A stretch of 64,000 bases of DNA from Octopus sinensis. Taxonomy: Eukaryota. Below, one piece after another: positions 36,271 to 49,498 of this stretch; the first letter of the stretch is position 1, and each line of letters opens with the position of its first letter. Both the position numbers and the translations under genes were made by a program. The DNA is taken from assembly GCF_006345805.1 (NCBI RefSeq), contig NC_042997.1, forward strand, positions 115,072,001 to 115,136,000. The letters are read 5' to 3'. The notes under the pieces are model-generated. The model worked only from the letters and a program-made list of their open reading frames with translations. It was not told the origin of the DNA and searched no databases.

Positions 36271-36671
36271 ATAAAAAAGAGCGAAAAAAAACTACAGAAG
36301 GCTTTGTTATAAGGTTAAAGAATATATTTAAGTCGTTATGTTAGAAAAATATTATAAAATTTTGTGTATAGTAACATAGTTTTTGGATAAATAACCGGTT
36401 TCGTATTTTCTTTTCAAATTTCTCAAATTTCTTTACCTACATCGTATCATGTCTTCGCTATGTTGTGAAATCTTTCACAACATAGAGAAGACATGACACG
36501 ATGTAGTAAAGAAATTTGAGAAATTTGAAAAGAAAATACGAAACGGTTATTTATCCAAAAACTATGTTACTATACACAAAATTTTATAATATTTTTCTAA
36601 CATAACGACTTAAATATATTCTTTAACCTTATAACAAAAGCCTTCTGTAGTTTTTTTTCACTCTTTTTTAT
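36271..36671. repeat. ~400-bp near-perfect palindrome (200-bp arms, 2-nt centre)
   Basis: Centre TGTTGTGAAA-tc-TTTCACAACA at 36461-36482; the arms differ at only a handful of positions. Confidence 0.92.
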
Positions 36672-36971
36672 TTTTTATACATCCAACCACGTGCTTTCAC
36701 ACACCAACGCTCTCATCTCTCTCTCTCTCTCTCTCTCTGGGTACAGGAGTCATATAACGTAAACAACATGAAATATGAACTCTTTTTGCGAACAACGAAA
36801 GAAACAAATGGAAAACAAGACAAGCAACATAAAGAACGACACTTCATCAGTTGTCGGCTGTTTTTCTACTCCGTATTTCGAGTAATTCATATATATATAT
36901 ATATATATATATTTCAGAATGAGATAATAAAAAAAACAAGACTGTGAAGATTTAAGAACATTTATAAATAG

Positions 36972-37025
36972 ACGGTCTTACAGCTGTTTCCAGGATATTT
37001 CTTATATCCCTTCATCGGAGACGGT
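36972..37025 (-). ncRNA. Type I hammerhead ribozyme variant (CCGAUGA core)
   Basis: ACCGUCU CCGAUGA a GGGAUAU-AAGAA-AUAUCCU g GAAA CAGCUG UA AGACCGU: stem I 6/7 bp, 7-bp stem II, palindromic stem III, GUA triplet. Confidence 0.7.
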
Positions 37026-37593
37026 GTGAGAAAATGGTTAAGCAATAGTAAATTTAGATAAGATATGAAATAGAGAGTGAAGTGGAGGAATGAAAATAGA
37101 CGTGAGATATGCAGGGATATTGCATTTGTAGATCCATTATTTAGGCAGAATGGTATACATATAATAATACTCCAATACCTTATGAGTAAATTCCAATAGT
37201 ATTTAAAATTCGTCATTACAAGTATAGAGTTTGTACACAGTACTATTGAATCGAGGGTTTTATTTAAAATAACCTAAAAGTAGGGAATGTATTTGTAAGG
37301 TCAAATCGAAAACAGGAAGAGAGGAATAAAGAAAAGAAAAGAAAAAGAAAGCAAGGAGAGAGATAATAAAGAGATGAAGAGAGGGAAAGTGAACCAGTTA
37401 GAGATCAGTCAAGATAAATTGATAGTAAGAATGAGGAGGTGATGGTGATAGAGAAAGATATGAGAGTGTAAAACTCTCATATCTTTCTCTCTCTATCACC
37501 CTGGTTCACTTTCCCTCTCTACATCTCTTTATTATCTCTCTCCTTGCTTTTCTTTTTCTTTTTCTTTTTTTATATTCCACTGGGTCACCAATT

Positions 37594-38190
37594 TGTAAAA
37601 GTAGCGGTTACCAGTTGTAAGGGTTAGGTTTTATTTTGTGTTTGTGTCCTCGTCATTGTTTAGTAGTAATTACAGAGGGAGATAGAATGGTGTTGTAAGA
37701 GAACAGAATTAGAGCTAGTGAAAGTTGTAAGGTTGTGGGACGTTGTCTCACAGTTGCCGACAGTAAATTTCATAGCTCTCACTGACCATTGTCTTTAGTA
37801 GCTGCCTTCCTTGTGATCAAGATTCTAGCAGTCCGTTCCCTAACTAATTGAGTTGTCACGAGCCGCCTCGCTCAGCTTTCGCCAAGTGACTACTTGGTTT
37901 TTGCTTGGGGTTCTTGCTTTTATAACTATCCAGAAGGATAGACATATCATTGAGAACAATAGATTTAGATGGTGATCTTGTTATCTCTATTCTAGCTTTT
38001 GGTGAAGTAGAAGAGGTTAGAAAGGGTCAAGTGGTGAAGACATTATTTCGGCCTAGCTAAAGGCAATCTGGAAAATGTAAAACTGCTGTCAGAGAAAAAC
38101 CATTGTTCCACCGTAGGAAAAGTTCTGTTGAACTGTTAATTTAAATTTGGCTATAGAGGATCGAATCCACTTCAAGCAAGATCCACTACA
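37594..38190 (-). mobile_element. LTR (597 bp, TGTA...TACA) followed by a primer-binding site
   Basis: Minus strand starts TGTAGTGG, contains TATAAAAG, ends TTTTACA, then after 3 nt TGGTGACCC (37590-37582), complementary to the 3' end of eukaryotic tRNA-Trp. Confidence 0.7.
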
Positions 38191-38213
38191 CACACACAAA
38201 CACAGACACACAC

Positions 38214-39320
<1,107 letters not shown>

Positions 39321-39452
39321 TGTGTGTGTGTCTTGTTTGTGTGGTGTGTGTAGTGGATCTTGCTTGAAGTGGATTCGATCCTCTATAGCCAAATTTAAAT
39401 TAACAGTTCAACAGAACTTTTCCTACGGTGGAACAATGGTTTTTCTCTGTAA

Positions 39453-39478
<26 letters not shown>

Positions 39479-39483
<5 letters not shown>

Positions 39484-39543
39484 TGCAGCGTGGAAGGTGT
39501 TTATAAGCCAATGGCTTATAAACACCTTCCACGCTGCAATTGT
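39479..39543. repeat. Perfect 32-bp-arm palindrome
   Basis: ACAATTGCAGCGTGGAAGGTGTTTATAAGCCA-a-TGGCTTATAAACACCTTCCACGCTGCAATTGT. Confidence 0.9.
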
Positions 39544-39606
39544 TTTCGTTTCAGCACACGATCTCAGATCAAATTACTTGCTATGCGAGTACATCTCCCT
39601 ATATAT

Positions 39607-39648
<42 letters not shown>

Positions 39649-40552
39649 GCGTGTGTCTTTGTGTCTGTGTATGTCCGCCCACCGCATCCCCCGCCATAGC
39701 TTGACAACTGATGCTGGTGTGTTTATTACCCCGAAACTTAGCGGTTCGGCAAAGGCACCGACAGATTAAATACTAGGCTTACAAAGAATAAGTCCTGGGG
39801 TCGATTTGTTCGACTAAAGGCGGTGCTCCAGCATGGCCGCAGTCAAATTAATGAAACGTGTAAAAGTGTGTGTGTGTGTAATTATAGAATTATAGACGAT
39901 GTATTATATGCATTATATACGTATGTATGGTATCCGCAGACACATGCGTGTGCACACACACCGTCTACTACATTCCACAAGAAGTCATGAATGAAAAAAA
40001 AAAAGTTAGAAATTTCAAATACACGTTCTAATATGTGAGGTCGGCTTATCCTTCTGCTCTGTTTAACATTCAAAAGCGATAGAGGAGGACTTTTAACACC
40101 CTTACTACCATTACATCCCCGTTTTCAGGCTAGTCAGCAATCACGTTACACTGTGGGAAGGCTTGAATTTTTTTTATCGGCGCTGCTCCTTCAACCTGTT
40201 ACACGACTTATAAAAAGAAAATTAAATATAAATATCTCGTGCACAAAAAAAAAGAAACTTTATCGTGATATCGAAATAATAGTTGATAATAAATACGGGT
40301 GGCGTTGTTTCGTCAGCTGTGAAAATATAATCTGCAGTTAATTTATTCGTTGTAACTGACTCATCCTTCCATATTTTGCGCGTTCGTTACTTCCCGACAG
40401 TAACAATTGTCTGATCTCGAAAACTGCCGAATGCCGAGCACCGACTGGCTTTTAATTGACTTATAATTGACTTGGCTTGACTTACTTGTCAGTATCCAGT
40501 GTACTGTCGGACTAACCGGCTAGTGAAGGACATTAAGGATTCCCCTCTAACC

Positions 40553-40667
40553 ATGAATAATCACTTACCAAATGATTCCAAGACCCAGTTGTTTAATCCG
40601 GGTGAACAAACTACTCAAATGGATCGCCTACGAGAGATTATCAACAGAAAATATAGCGTACACTTAG
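40553..40667 (+). CDS. AACS: Acetoacetyl-CoA synthetase, coding exon 1
   Basis: ATG to GT donor, MNNHLPNDSKTQLFNPGEQTTQMDRLREIINRKYSVHL plus 1 nt. TQMDR..R...Y resembles the AACS N-terminus, and phase 1 joins exon 2 in frame. Confidence 0.8.
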
Positions 40668-41263
40668 GTAGTATGTCGGACCTTTTTTTTTTTTTCTTTC
40701 AAAGCATAAACATGTGTTTTATATGTGTTCGTTGACTATATAAATAATATCGATGTAAGCTAACTATGTTTATATACACACCATAAATATTTATATACAA
40801 TATAAAGTATAATTTATTTCCAGAATTCATGGTATGTCACCCTGGTATAATGAAATGACGAGCTGGTTCTTTCAGAAAGGCATGAAAAAAAAGGGGGTCT
40901 ATTTTAGAGGCAGACAAGAATTAGGGGTACGCTAGTCGTGTTTTTCTTAAGGGTGTAAAGTGTGACCGTGTATTGAAACCATGCCGTGTGTTTTACTTAC
41001 GATTAGCTCACATCTTACTGGAATTCGTCTGTTATAAGGAATATTTCTCTGCAGACTGAAGGAATTTCAGTTGAAAAAATTTCTCTCGTGTTCATACATA
41101 AATACACTCGCACACGCGCGTAGACGCATAAACACACGATCGCACACATACATACGCTTTCTCTCTTTTGTACTCTCTGTTGATGTTAATTAACGAAGGC
41201 AAGGCGAACACTTCTTTTACTTGTTTCAGTCATTCGAGTGCGACCATACTGGAGCACTGCTTT

Positions 41264-41302
<39 letters not shown>

Positions 41303-42200
41303 TTTGTTTTTGTTTGTTTAGTCGATCATATCGACCCACCCACCTACATTTCTGCTTATTTTATCGATTCCTATTTGTCGAACCGTTACGCTTAGGGTCA
41401 AAAGAGACTCGACATAAAGACAATACCACATTTTAAACAATTTTAGGGACGGTTTTCGCCTGTTGATTGTTTCGATATTCCCAATGGGTGAAACTTTTTC
41501 AACTCCTAGTTACATGAGATTTACTACCATGTATATAGATAGACAGACAGAAAGATAGATGGGGGTGGGATCGGGGTGCCAACACCCGACCTCCGCCTAT
41601 AGATAGATAGATAGTTGTGTGTGTGTGTGCTATACTAATGCACACGTGTGTGTGTTTTGTGTGCCCATACGCGCTTGTGTGTGTATGTGTAATCACATTA
41701 TCGTGAATGCGGCGGGACCTCACCTACGTTTACATCGTTATTGCTATCTTCTGTTATCATGTCAAGCTGACCAATTTTCAAAAGAGTCCCAGTCGTGACC
41801 ATCCCGCCTTCTTCCTAGGTGCACCCTTGATAATAATTATCCAACGTGTCTTTTTCTAAGGCTGGGCGGGGTGCGATTGGAGGTTATATAGCTTCTGTGT
41901 ATCAAAACAGATCGGGATAATGTTTTTGTAGCAGGCGAACCCGTCTTCTACATTAAAGGACAGCTGAATACTTGAATATATTTTTGCAGTGTGTCCCTGG
42001 CAGTGATGAGGTCGCAATTGCTGCGATGACAATTTGACACAAAGTAATGAATGTTCTAGGGTCAACCTCCGCTTCCTGACCCGGTCACAAATATGAAAAA
42101 AAAATCGTGTAATAGGTGTAAAACAACATGTTGTAAGTGAATATGAAAAAAAATTATGCACCTTCCTTCTTTAATAAACTTATTTAAAAAATAAAATATA

Positions 42201-42266
<66 letters not shown>

Positions 42267-42965
42267 ATATGGGGGGGGGGGACCAGGAAAATTCACACGA
42301 TCCGATTTTTTCCCTCAAGAAAATGGATATTCTTCCCAACCACACGGTTTCGGGTTCAGTCCCACTGTATGGCACCTTGGGTAAGTGTCTTCAATTATAG
42401 CCTCGGGCCGACTAATGCGTCCTGGAGGTCGAAGGTGGCATTTCAGAGGAAAATTTATCTATGCTATGTTCGTTTACTACATGTTGTTTTACACCTATTA
42501 CACTATTTTTTTTCTTTCTTTTCTGTCCGGGTCAGAGACTTGGAGGTTAACCTGTTCTGGTGAGGTTGTGTGATTTTGAATGGCCAACGTGTCTTCCAAG
42601 CCTTAAGTCCTTTAGTTTCAACACACGGTCTCAGATGAAACAATTTGCCAAACAAGTATATTGTCCTGATATCTTTTCTTTGATCTTTTACTTGTTTCAG
42701 ACACTAGAATGCGGCCATGCTGGGGTACCGCCCTTAAGGATTTGTAGTCGGGTGAATCAAACCCAGTACTTATTTTTGGCGGTCTTTCGGAGAAAGTCTA
42801 TCGAAACTGAAAGTATTAGTTCGGCAATTTTCGTAGTAAATTTATATTTCTTTAATTTTTTTTTCCTCGGCTGAATCGATTTTTTTTTAATATATATTTT
42901 TTTGTATGTATGTGTTTATGTTCAAGTATGTCTATTGTATATGTATGTGTTAACGCGTACATACA

Positions 42966-43000
<35 letters not shown>

Positions 43001-43326
43001 CCCCGACTGGCTTCTGTGCCGGTGGCACATAAAAAGCACCATTCGAACGTGGCCGTTGCCAGCGTCGCCTTGGCTGGCTCCCGTGCCGGTGGCACGTTAA
43101 AAGCTCCAAACGATCGTGGCCGATGCCGGACCCCCTGGCACCTGTGCAGGTGGCACGTAAAAAGCACCCGCTACACTCGCGGAGTGGTTGGCGTTAGGAA
43201 GGGCATCCAGCTGTAGAAACTCTGCCAGATCAGACTGGAGCCTGGTGCAGCCCCTGGCTTCCCAGACCCCGGTCGAACCGTCCAACCCGTGCTAGCGCGG
43301 AAAACGGACGTTAAACGATGATGATG

Positions 43327-43330
<4 letters not shown>
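43001..43330 (+). mobile_element. SINE-like family D (GTGCCGGTGGCACGTAAAAAGCAC subrepeats; (GAT)n tail); representative of more than 10 copies
   Basis: Subrepeats, conserved GGAGTGGTTGGCGTTAGGAAGGGCATCCAGCTGTAGAAAC block, tail AACGGACGTTAAACGATGATGATG. Confidence 0.8.
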
Positions 43331-43359
<29 letters not shown>

Positions 43360-43926
43360 TGAACACAAATATATTTACATACACAAATATACATACATAC
43401 AAGCACATAAACACAAACGTACACAAATAAGCGATTGAGCTGATGAAAAAATTCTAAGAAATAATAAAAAACAAAATTAATGAAATTGTCGAACAACTAC
43501 TTTCAGTTTTGATAGACTTTCTCCGAAAGACTGCCCCTTTTTTTTTTATCCTGGTACTTATTCTATCAGTCTCTTTTGCTGAATCGCTAAGACATAAACA
43601 CACCAACGCAAGTTGTCAAGGGTGATGGGGAACACAAAGATACATACGCATATATATATACAACGGGCTTCTTTCAGTTTCCGTTTACCGAATCCACTTT
43701 AAAATCTTTGCCTAAGTTTTCACTGTTTCCAGGTCAATAAAATAGAAAATAACATGGATCGAAGGTGTTAATGAACCCTTGCCCATGCACATCTCAAAAT
43801 TCCAGGCATTGTACCTTAATCAAAAACTCCCCCCCCCCCATCATCATCATCACCATCGTTTAACGTCCGTTTTCCATGTTAGCATGGGTTGGACGGAAGC
43901 ATGGGTTGAACGTCTTTTATATAAAA

Positions 43927-44434
43927 CTAGCAGTATCGCCCGGCGTTGCTCGGGTTTGTAAGGGAAATAACTATATAAGCATTTTTAGAGAGTTACTTCC
44001 CTTATAGATGCCAATTCGGGCTTTCTTAGCCATTTCTGTTTTGGTGTCTTCAAGCCATGAAGTCGTTGTTCTAAAAGAACGCTGGTCTCCTTGACAACGC
44101 TTTACGACGTTGATTGCCTTACACTCCCTTCCCCACAGCTTCACGAGGGAGGGGAGAAGCAAACACAGGTGCAGGTGTTTGAGCGTGGACGCCAACTCCG
44201 CCGCCATTGACACACGAAAAATTATGCATTGAAATGGAATAAAAAATGATGTTAAATTATTTTTAAAATCGTAGACTCATCGTAGACGCGCGTTAATACT
44301 CAGACGGGCTCGATATGAATCACGACTATAAGATACCCGAATTTGGTTAAACTGCACCGCAAAATGTGGGAGTAGTTAGGAATCTAAATCGAAGGGGACA
44401 GACACTCACACAACTACAGTTTTATATATATAGA
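43927..44434 (-). mobile_element. Non-autonomous Helitron (family H2), complete
   Basis: A|TCTATATATATAAAACTGTAG 5' end; CCCGAGCAACGCCGGG hairpin plus CTAG|T 3' end; no TSD. Confidence 0.88.
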
Positions 44435-44582
44435 TCTCACAATTTGTAGACTGTTCTTGGGATATCTCTCTCATCTATGCCCTCATGGCAAATAAATCAT
44501 CACCATTACTATTATTATAATTATTATTATTATTATTATTATCATTATTATTATTATTATTATCATTATTATTATTATTATT

Positions 44583-45188
44583 AAGGCCGTGAGCTGGCAG
44601 AATCATTAGCACACCAGGCAAAATGTTTAGCAGTATTTCATGTCACCACATTCTCAGTTCAAATTCTGCTGAGGTCAACTTGGCCTTTTATCCTTTTGTG
44701 GTCGATGAATTAAGTACCAGTGAAACACTGGGGCCAATGTAATCGACTAGTCCCCGCCTCCAAATTCCAGGCCTTGTGCCTATAATAAATTATTATTATT
44801 ATTATTGTTATTATTATTATTATGTAAGGCAGCTGGCAGAAACGTTAGCATGCCAGGCAAAATGCTTTGCGGTATTTCTCTGTTGTTACGTTCTGAGTTC
44901 AAATTCCGCCAAGGTTGACTTTGCCTTTCATCCTTTCGGGGTCGATGTAATTGACTTAATCCGTTTGTCTGTCCTTGTTTGTCCCCTCTATGTTTAGCTC
45001 CTTGTTGGTAGTAAAGAAATAGGTATTTCGTCTGTCTTTATGTTCTGAGTTCAAATTCCATCACGGTTGACTTTGCCTTTCATCCTTTCAGGGTCGATAA
45101 AATAAGTACCAGTTAGGCACTGGGGCCGATGTAATCAACTCATCCCCTCTCCGAAAACTGCTGCCCTTGTGGCAAAATTTGAAACCAC
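44583..45188 (+). mobile_element. Tandem SINE family B copies separated by (ATT)n
   Basis: Heads at 44583 and about 44826 with repeated cores. Confidence 0.8.
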
Positions 45189-45381
45189 TATTATTAGTAT
45201 TATTATTCAGTGTTCTACATTTTTTATTGATATCTTTAAAAAAAAAATTCAGTCCAACAGCTGTTTATATTTGATTTACTTAACAGTTTCGTGTTTAAAA
45301 TACATAAAATTTGCAAAGGGAAATAACTCAAGTGAGCCAATAGTGTAATATTATTAAGAGAGGTGGTCAGTTACAGAAAGA

Positions 45382-45580
45382 CTCTTTTACTTGTTTCAGT
45401 CATTTGACTGTGGCCATGCTGGAGCACCGCCTTTAGTCGATCAAATCGACCCCAGGACTTATTCTTTATAAGCCTAGTACTTATTCTATCGGTCCCTTTT
45501 ACCAAACTGCTAAGTTACGGAGACGTAAACACAACAGCATCAGTTGTCAAGCGATGTTGGGGGGACAAACACAAACATAT

Positions 45581-45614
<34 letters not shown>

Positions 45615-45780
45615 TCAACGGGCTTCTTTCAGTTTCCGTCTACCAAATCCACTCACAAGGCTTTGTTCGGCCCGAGGCTATAGTAGAAGACATTTGGCCA
45701 AGGTACCACGCAGTGGGACTGAACCCAGAATCATATGGTTCGAAAGCAAGCTACTTAAAACACAGCTATGCCTACACCTA
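45382..45780 (-). mobile_element. tRNA-derived SINE (family A), full length
   Basis: Reverse complement of the 19140-19600 type. Confidence 0.85.
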
Positions 45781-47615
45781 CATATGCAGAATTTTTTTTT
45801 TTTTTTCTTAGCTGGAATTTCCCTTTTAGCTGATTAGGTAAATCAAAACGCGGCTGTCATTGTTTGTGACTATCAAAAGAAAAAAGACAATTCTTTCGGG
45901 TTTATGAACACAAAATGAAATTGGAAAAATTATTGTTATATCCCTATTTTTCAACATTGAATCCCAGAAAATGAAAACTTTTCGAATAAAGTTTACAAAT
46001 TTATGAAGGTGAAGGATGGAACAGTTATACATTTGAAAAGCTTGGGGCCCGTTGGTACTACGACCTCATTCACCCACACAACCTTTGTTCATGACAGATA
46101 GAGCGGCTAGGCTGACACCCTAGACACCCACCCAGCACAGCCGCAGTCTAATGACTAGAACAGGTACCAGATAAAAGCTTAAATCCACCAGAACATATTA
46201 GGAATGAATAGATTATTATTCTACATGCACCCTGTCAATTATTTATTCATTTGAAGATAAGATTATAAGGTGTAGGCATGGCTGTGTGGTTGAGATGCTT
46301 GCCTCCCAACCATGGAGTTTTAGGTTCTGTCCCACTGTGTGACACCATGGCCAAATATATCTTCTATTGTAACCCCGGGCCAGCCAGAGGCTTCTGAGTG
46401 GATTTGGTAGATGGAAACTGAAAGAAGCCCATCGTATATCATCATCATCGTTTAACATCTGTTTTCCATGCTGGCATGGGTTTGATGGTTCGACTGGGGT
46501 CTGGGAAGCCAGGAGGCTGTACCAGGCTCCAGTCTGATCTGGCAGTGTTTCTACAGCTGGATGCCCTTCCTAACGCCAACCACTCAAAGAATGTAGTGGG
46601 TGCTTTGTCCATGCTGGCATAGGTTGGACGGTTTGACCAGGGCTGGCAAGCTGGAAGGCTGCACTAGGCTCCAGTCTGATTTAGCATGGTTTTCTATGGC
46701 TGGATGCTCTTCCTAACGCCAACCACTCTGAGAGTGTAATGGGTGCTTTTCCATTCCCCCAGCATGAGTGCCATTTGCATGACCCCAGTATCTGCCACGA
46801 CTGCAATTTTACTTGGCTTGATGGGTCTTCTTCTCAAGCACAACATAATGCCAAAGGTCTCGGTCATTGCCTCCGTGAGGCCCAAAACTCGAAAGGAACT
46901 CAGCCACTTTGCCTCCGTGGGGCCCATATATAGTATCAAGTAAAGGTAATAAACCTCATTAAGGGATCGTAAACCCAATAAAAATCCTGGTTAGATACCA
47001 ATTTATAAAAGGTTCAACTATAAGGTAACCAGCTCACTTACCAACCACATGGTTCCGGGTTCAGTCCCACTACGTGGTATGTTGGGCAAGTATCTTCAAC
47101 AATAGCCTCGTGCTGACCAAAGCCTTGTGAGTGGATTTGGTAGACGGAAACTGAAAGAAGCCTAAGCCTTGTGAGTGGATTTGGTAGACAGAAACTGAAA
47201 GAAGCCTGTCGTATATATGCATATATATATATGTATGTTTGTGTGTTTGTGTTTGTCCCCCTAGCATTGCTAGCATGGCTGCAGTCAAATGACTGAAACA
47301 AGTAAAAGAGATATATATATGTATGTATGTATGTATATATGTATGTATGTCTGTGTTTGTCTCCCCCACCATCACTTGACAACCGATGCTGATGTGTTTG
47401 TGTCCCCGTCACTTAGCAGTTTGGCAAAAGAGACTGACAGAATAAATACTAGGCTTAAAAAGAATAACTCCTGGGGTCAACTTGTTCGACTAAAAAGGCG
47501 GTGCTCCAGCATGGGTGCAGTCAGATGACTGACACGAATAAAAGAAAACTGGTTCATTTATATATTTAAAGAAGACGGAGGAAATGGAGAGCTCCATTTT
47601 TTTCCTTATTCTTTA

Positions 47616-47655
<40 letters not shown>

Positions 47656-48332
47656 TAATAATAATATTAATAATAATTATAAAAGATAAAACCATTGAAG
47701 ATTTTATCAGTGGCCAGCATATAATATAGACCTATTAAGGTGAATTCATATACAGAGATTTATAATAGTATAAAATACAGTTATAGTTAAGGGCATGGAA
47801 CAGATTATACCTATGCTGGAAATAGATGCCAAATCATCAAACCATTTAAAAATTATCACTTTTAAAGTACACAAAAACAAGTATACACACATACTATACA
47901 ACAGGTATGATGGACTTTCAGTTTCTGTTTACAAGGGTTTGGTCAGCACAAGGTTATAATAGAAATTGCTTGTCCAATGTGCCACACAGTGGTACTGAAG
48001 CTTGAACCATGTGGTTAGGAAGCAAGCTTCTTACCACACAGCCTCACCTATATATTTAAACCCAAAATTTATTAGTCTATGTTGCTAAGTTTTCTGGAAT
48101 ATTTCCAATTTTGAGGGAGGAGACAGAGAAAGAAACTAAGATTAGATTCCTCTAAATTTTTTGCACTGCGCCAACATAATTTTGTATTTTAATTATGCTT
48201 TAAAGATTATTTGATGGCAAATAAGATGCACTTTTTTCCCAAAAAATGTCTCAAAAATTACTCTGGGTGTCCTGTTTGCACTGTTGAGGCTATAATCCAA
48301 ATTTTAGTGCACTAAAGACTATTTTCCTCAAC

Positions 48333-48626
48333 AAAGTGGCTGAGTTCCTTTTGAGCATTGGGCCTCACAGAGGCAAAGTGGCTGAGTTCCTTTCAAGCTT
48401 TGAGCTTCACGGAGGCAAAGTGGCTGAGTTCCTTTCAAGTGTTGGGCCTCACGGAAGCAAAGTGACTGAGTTCCTTTTGAGCGTTGGGCCTCATAGAGGC
48501 AAAGTGGCCGAGTTCCCTTCAAGTGTTGGGCCTCATGGAGACAGAGTGGCTGAGTTCCTTTCAAGCATTGGTCCTCATGAAGGCAAAGTGGCTGAGTTCC
48601 TTTCCAGTGCTGGGCCTCACGGAGGC
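48333..48626 (+). repeat. Seven tandem 42-bp units inside a family D SINE
   Basis: AAAGTGGCTGAGTTCCTTTCAAG...TGGGCCTCACGGAGGC repeated at a 42-bp period; the SINE continues to about 48905. Confidence 0.92.
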
Positions 48627-49242
48627 AATGATCAAAACCTTTGGCATTATGTTATGCTTGAGAAGACCCACCAAGCCAAGCAAAATCACAGGCATATCAG
48701 ATACCAGTGTCACACAAATGGCACCCATGCTGATTGCACATAATAGCACCCACTACACTCTCAGAGTTATGTGTGTTAGGAAGGACATCCAGCCATAGAA
48801 AACCATGCCAAATCATATCAGAGTCTGGTGCAGCCTTCCAGCTACCAGCCTCAGTTAAACCATCTAACCCATGCCAGCATGGACAACAGATGTTAAATGA
48901 TGATGATATGAATATGATGCACTACTGAAACGGGTGCATCTAATGTGCCTGTGCACCACTTATGCACTCAGTTATGGTATTTCCAGTGTTCCTCAACAGT
49001 TGAAATAACATTTATTAAAAATGTTTTAACATTATTCTCTAGTCATGCAAGCAAGGGAGACAATCTAAGCATATCTGCCTTCTTTACTATCATCAGTGGA
49101 AATATGACCTTCACTGTTATTTGCTCACCCTGTAGTAACCAGCTTACTCTACCTATGGAAATGTATGGGAAGTGGGAGGAAATTAATGGTTTAATTATAT
49201 TTAGTCATATGTCTGAATCTCACAACCTAAGCAGCAAAAAAG

Positions 49243-49498
49243 GTTTTTGAGATTTGTGAAACTGGTGTTTGGCTTTTAAGATATCAATATTTGCTTTGGA
49301 ATTGCTGCATCCAACCAAGAGAATTGCTTTCAAATGTTCATCAGTCAACCTCGTTTAATGGGCTGACTTCACATTCTTCGTTTTTGAAAATGTTTGCTCA
49401 CAGACATAAGCTGAATGCAGGTACAGAGCAGTGGAAGGCCAGGTGAACTGACCTCGTGGGTTGGATCTGGCACACAGGCCATAGCTTGGTGACCCCTG
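49243..49498 (-). mobile_element. hAT element fragment (same family as 60939-61764)
   Basis: TIR ...TTGGTGACCCCTG at 49498 and a matching transposase C-terminal remnant. Confidence 0.7.

Noticed and set aside
36780-36890. CUGAUGA and GAAA on the minus strand (related segment at 53180-53345)
   Set aside because: GAAA precedes CUGAUGA, and no stem I hairpin forms between them, so no hammerhead topology fits; left as an unclassified repeat.
42003-42079. Possible intronic C/D-box snoRNA (GTGATGA ... CTGA)
   Set aside because: No terminal stem or convincing C'/D' boxes, and only a short chance-level complementarity to rRNA that I could recall.
48333-48626. CRISPR-like array or repeat-protein gene
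   Set aside because: Units are contiguous with no unique spacers, there are no cas genes, the context is eukaryotic, and the unit is a normal SINE D subsequence.
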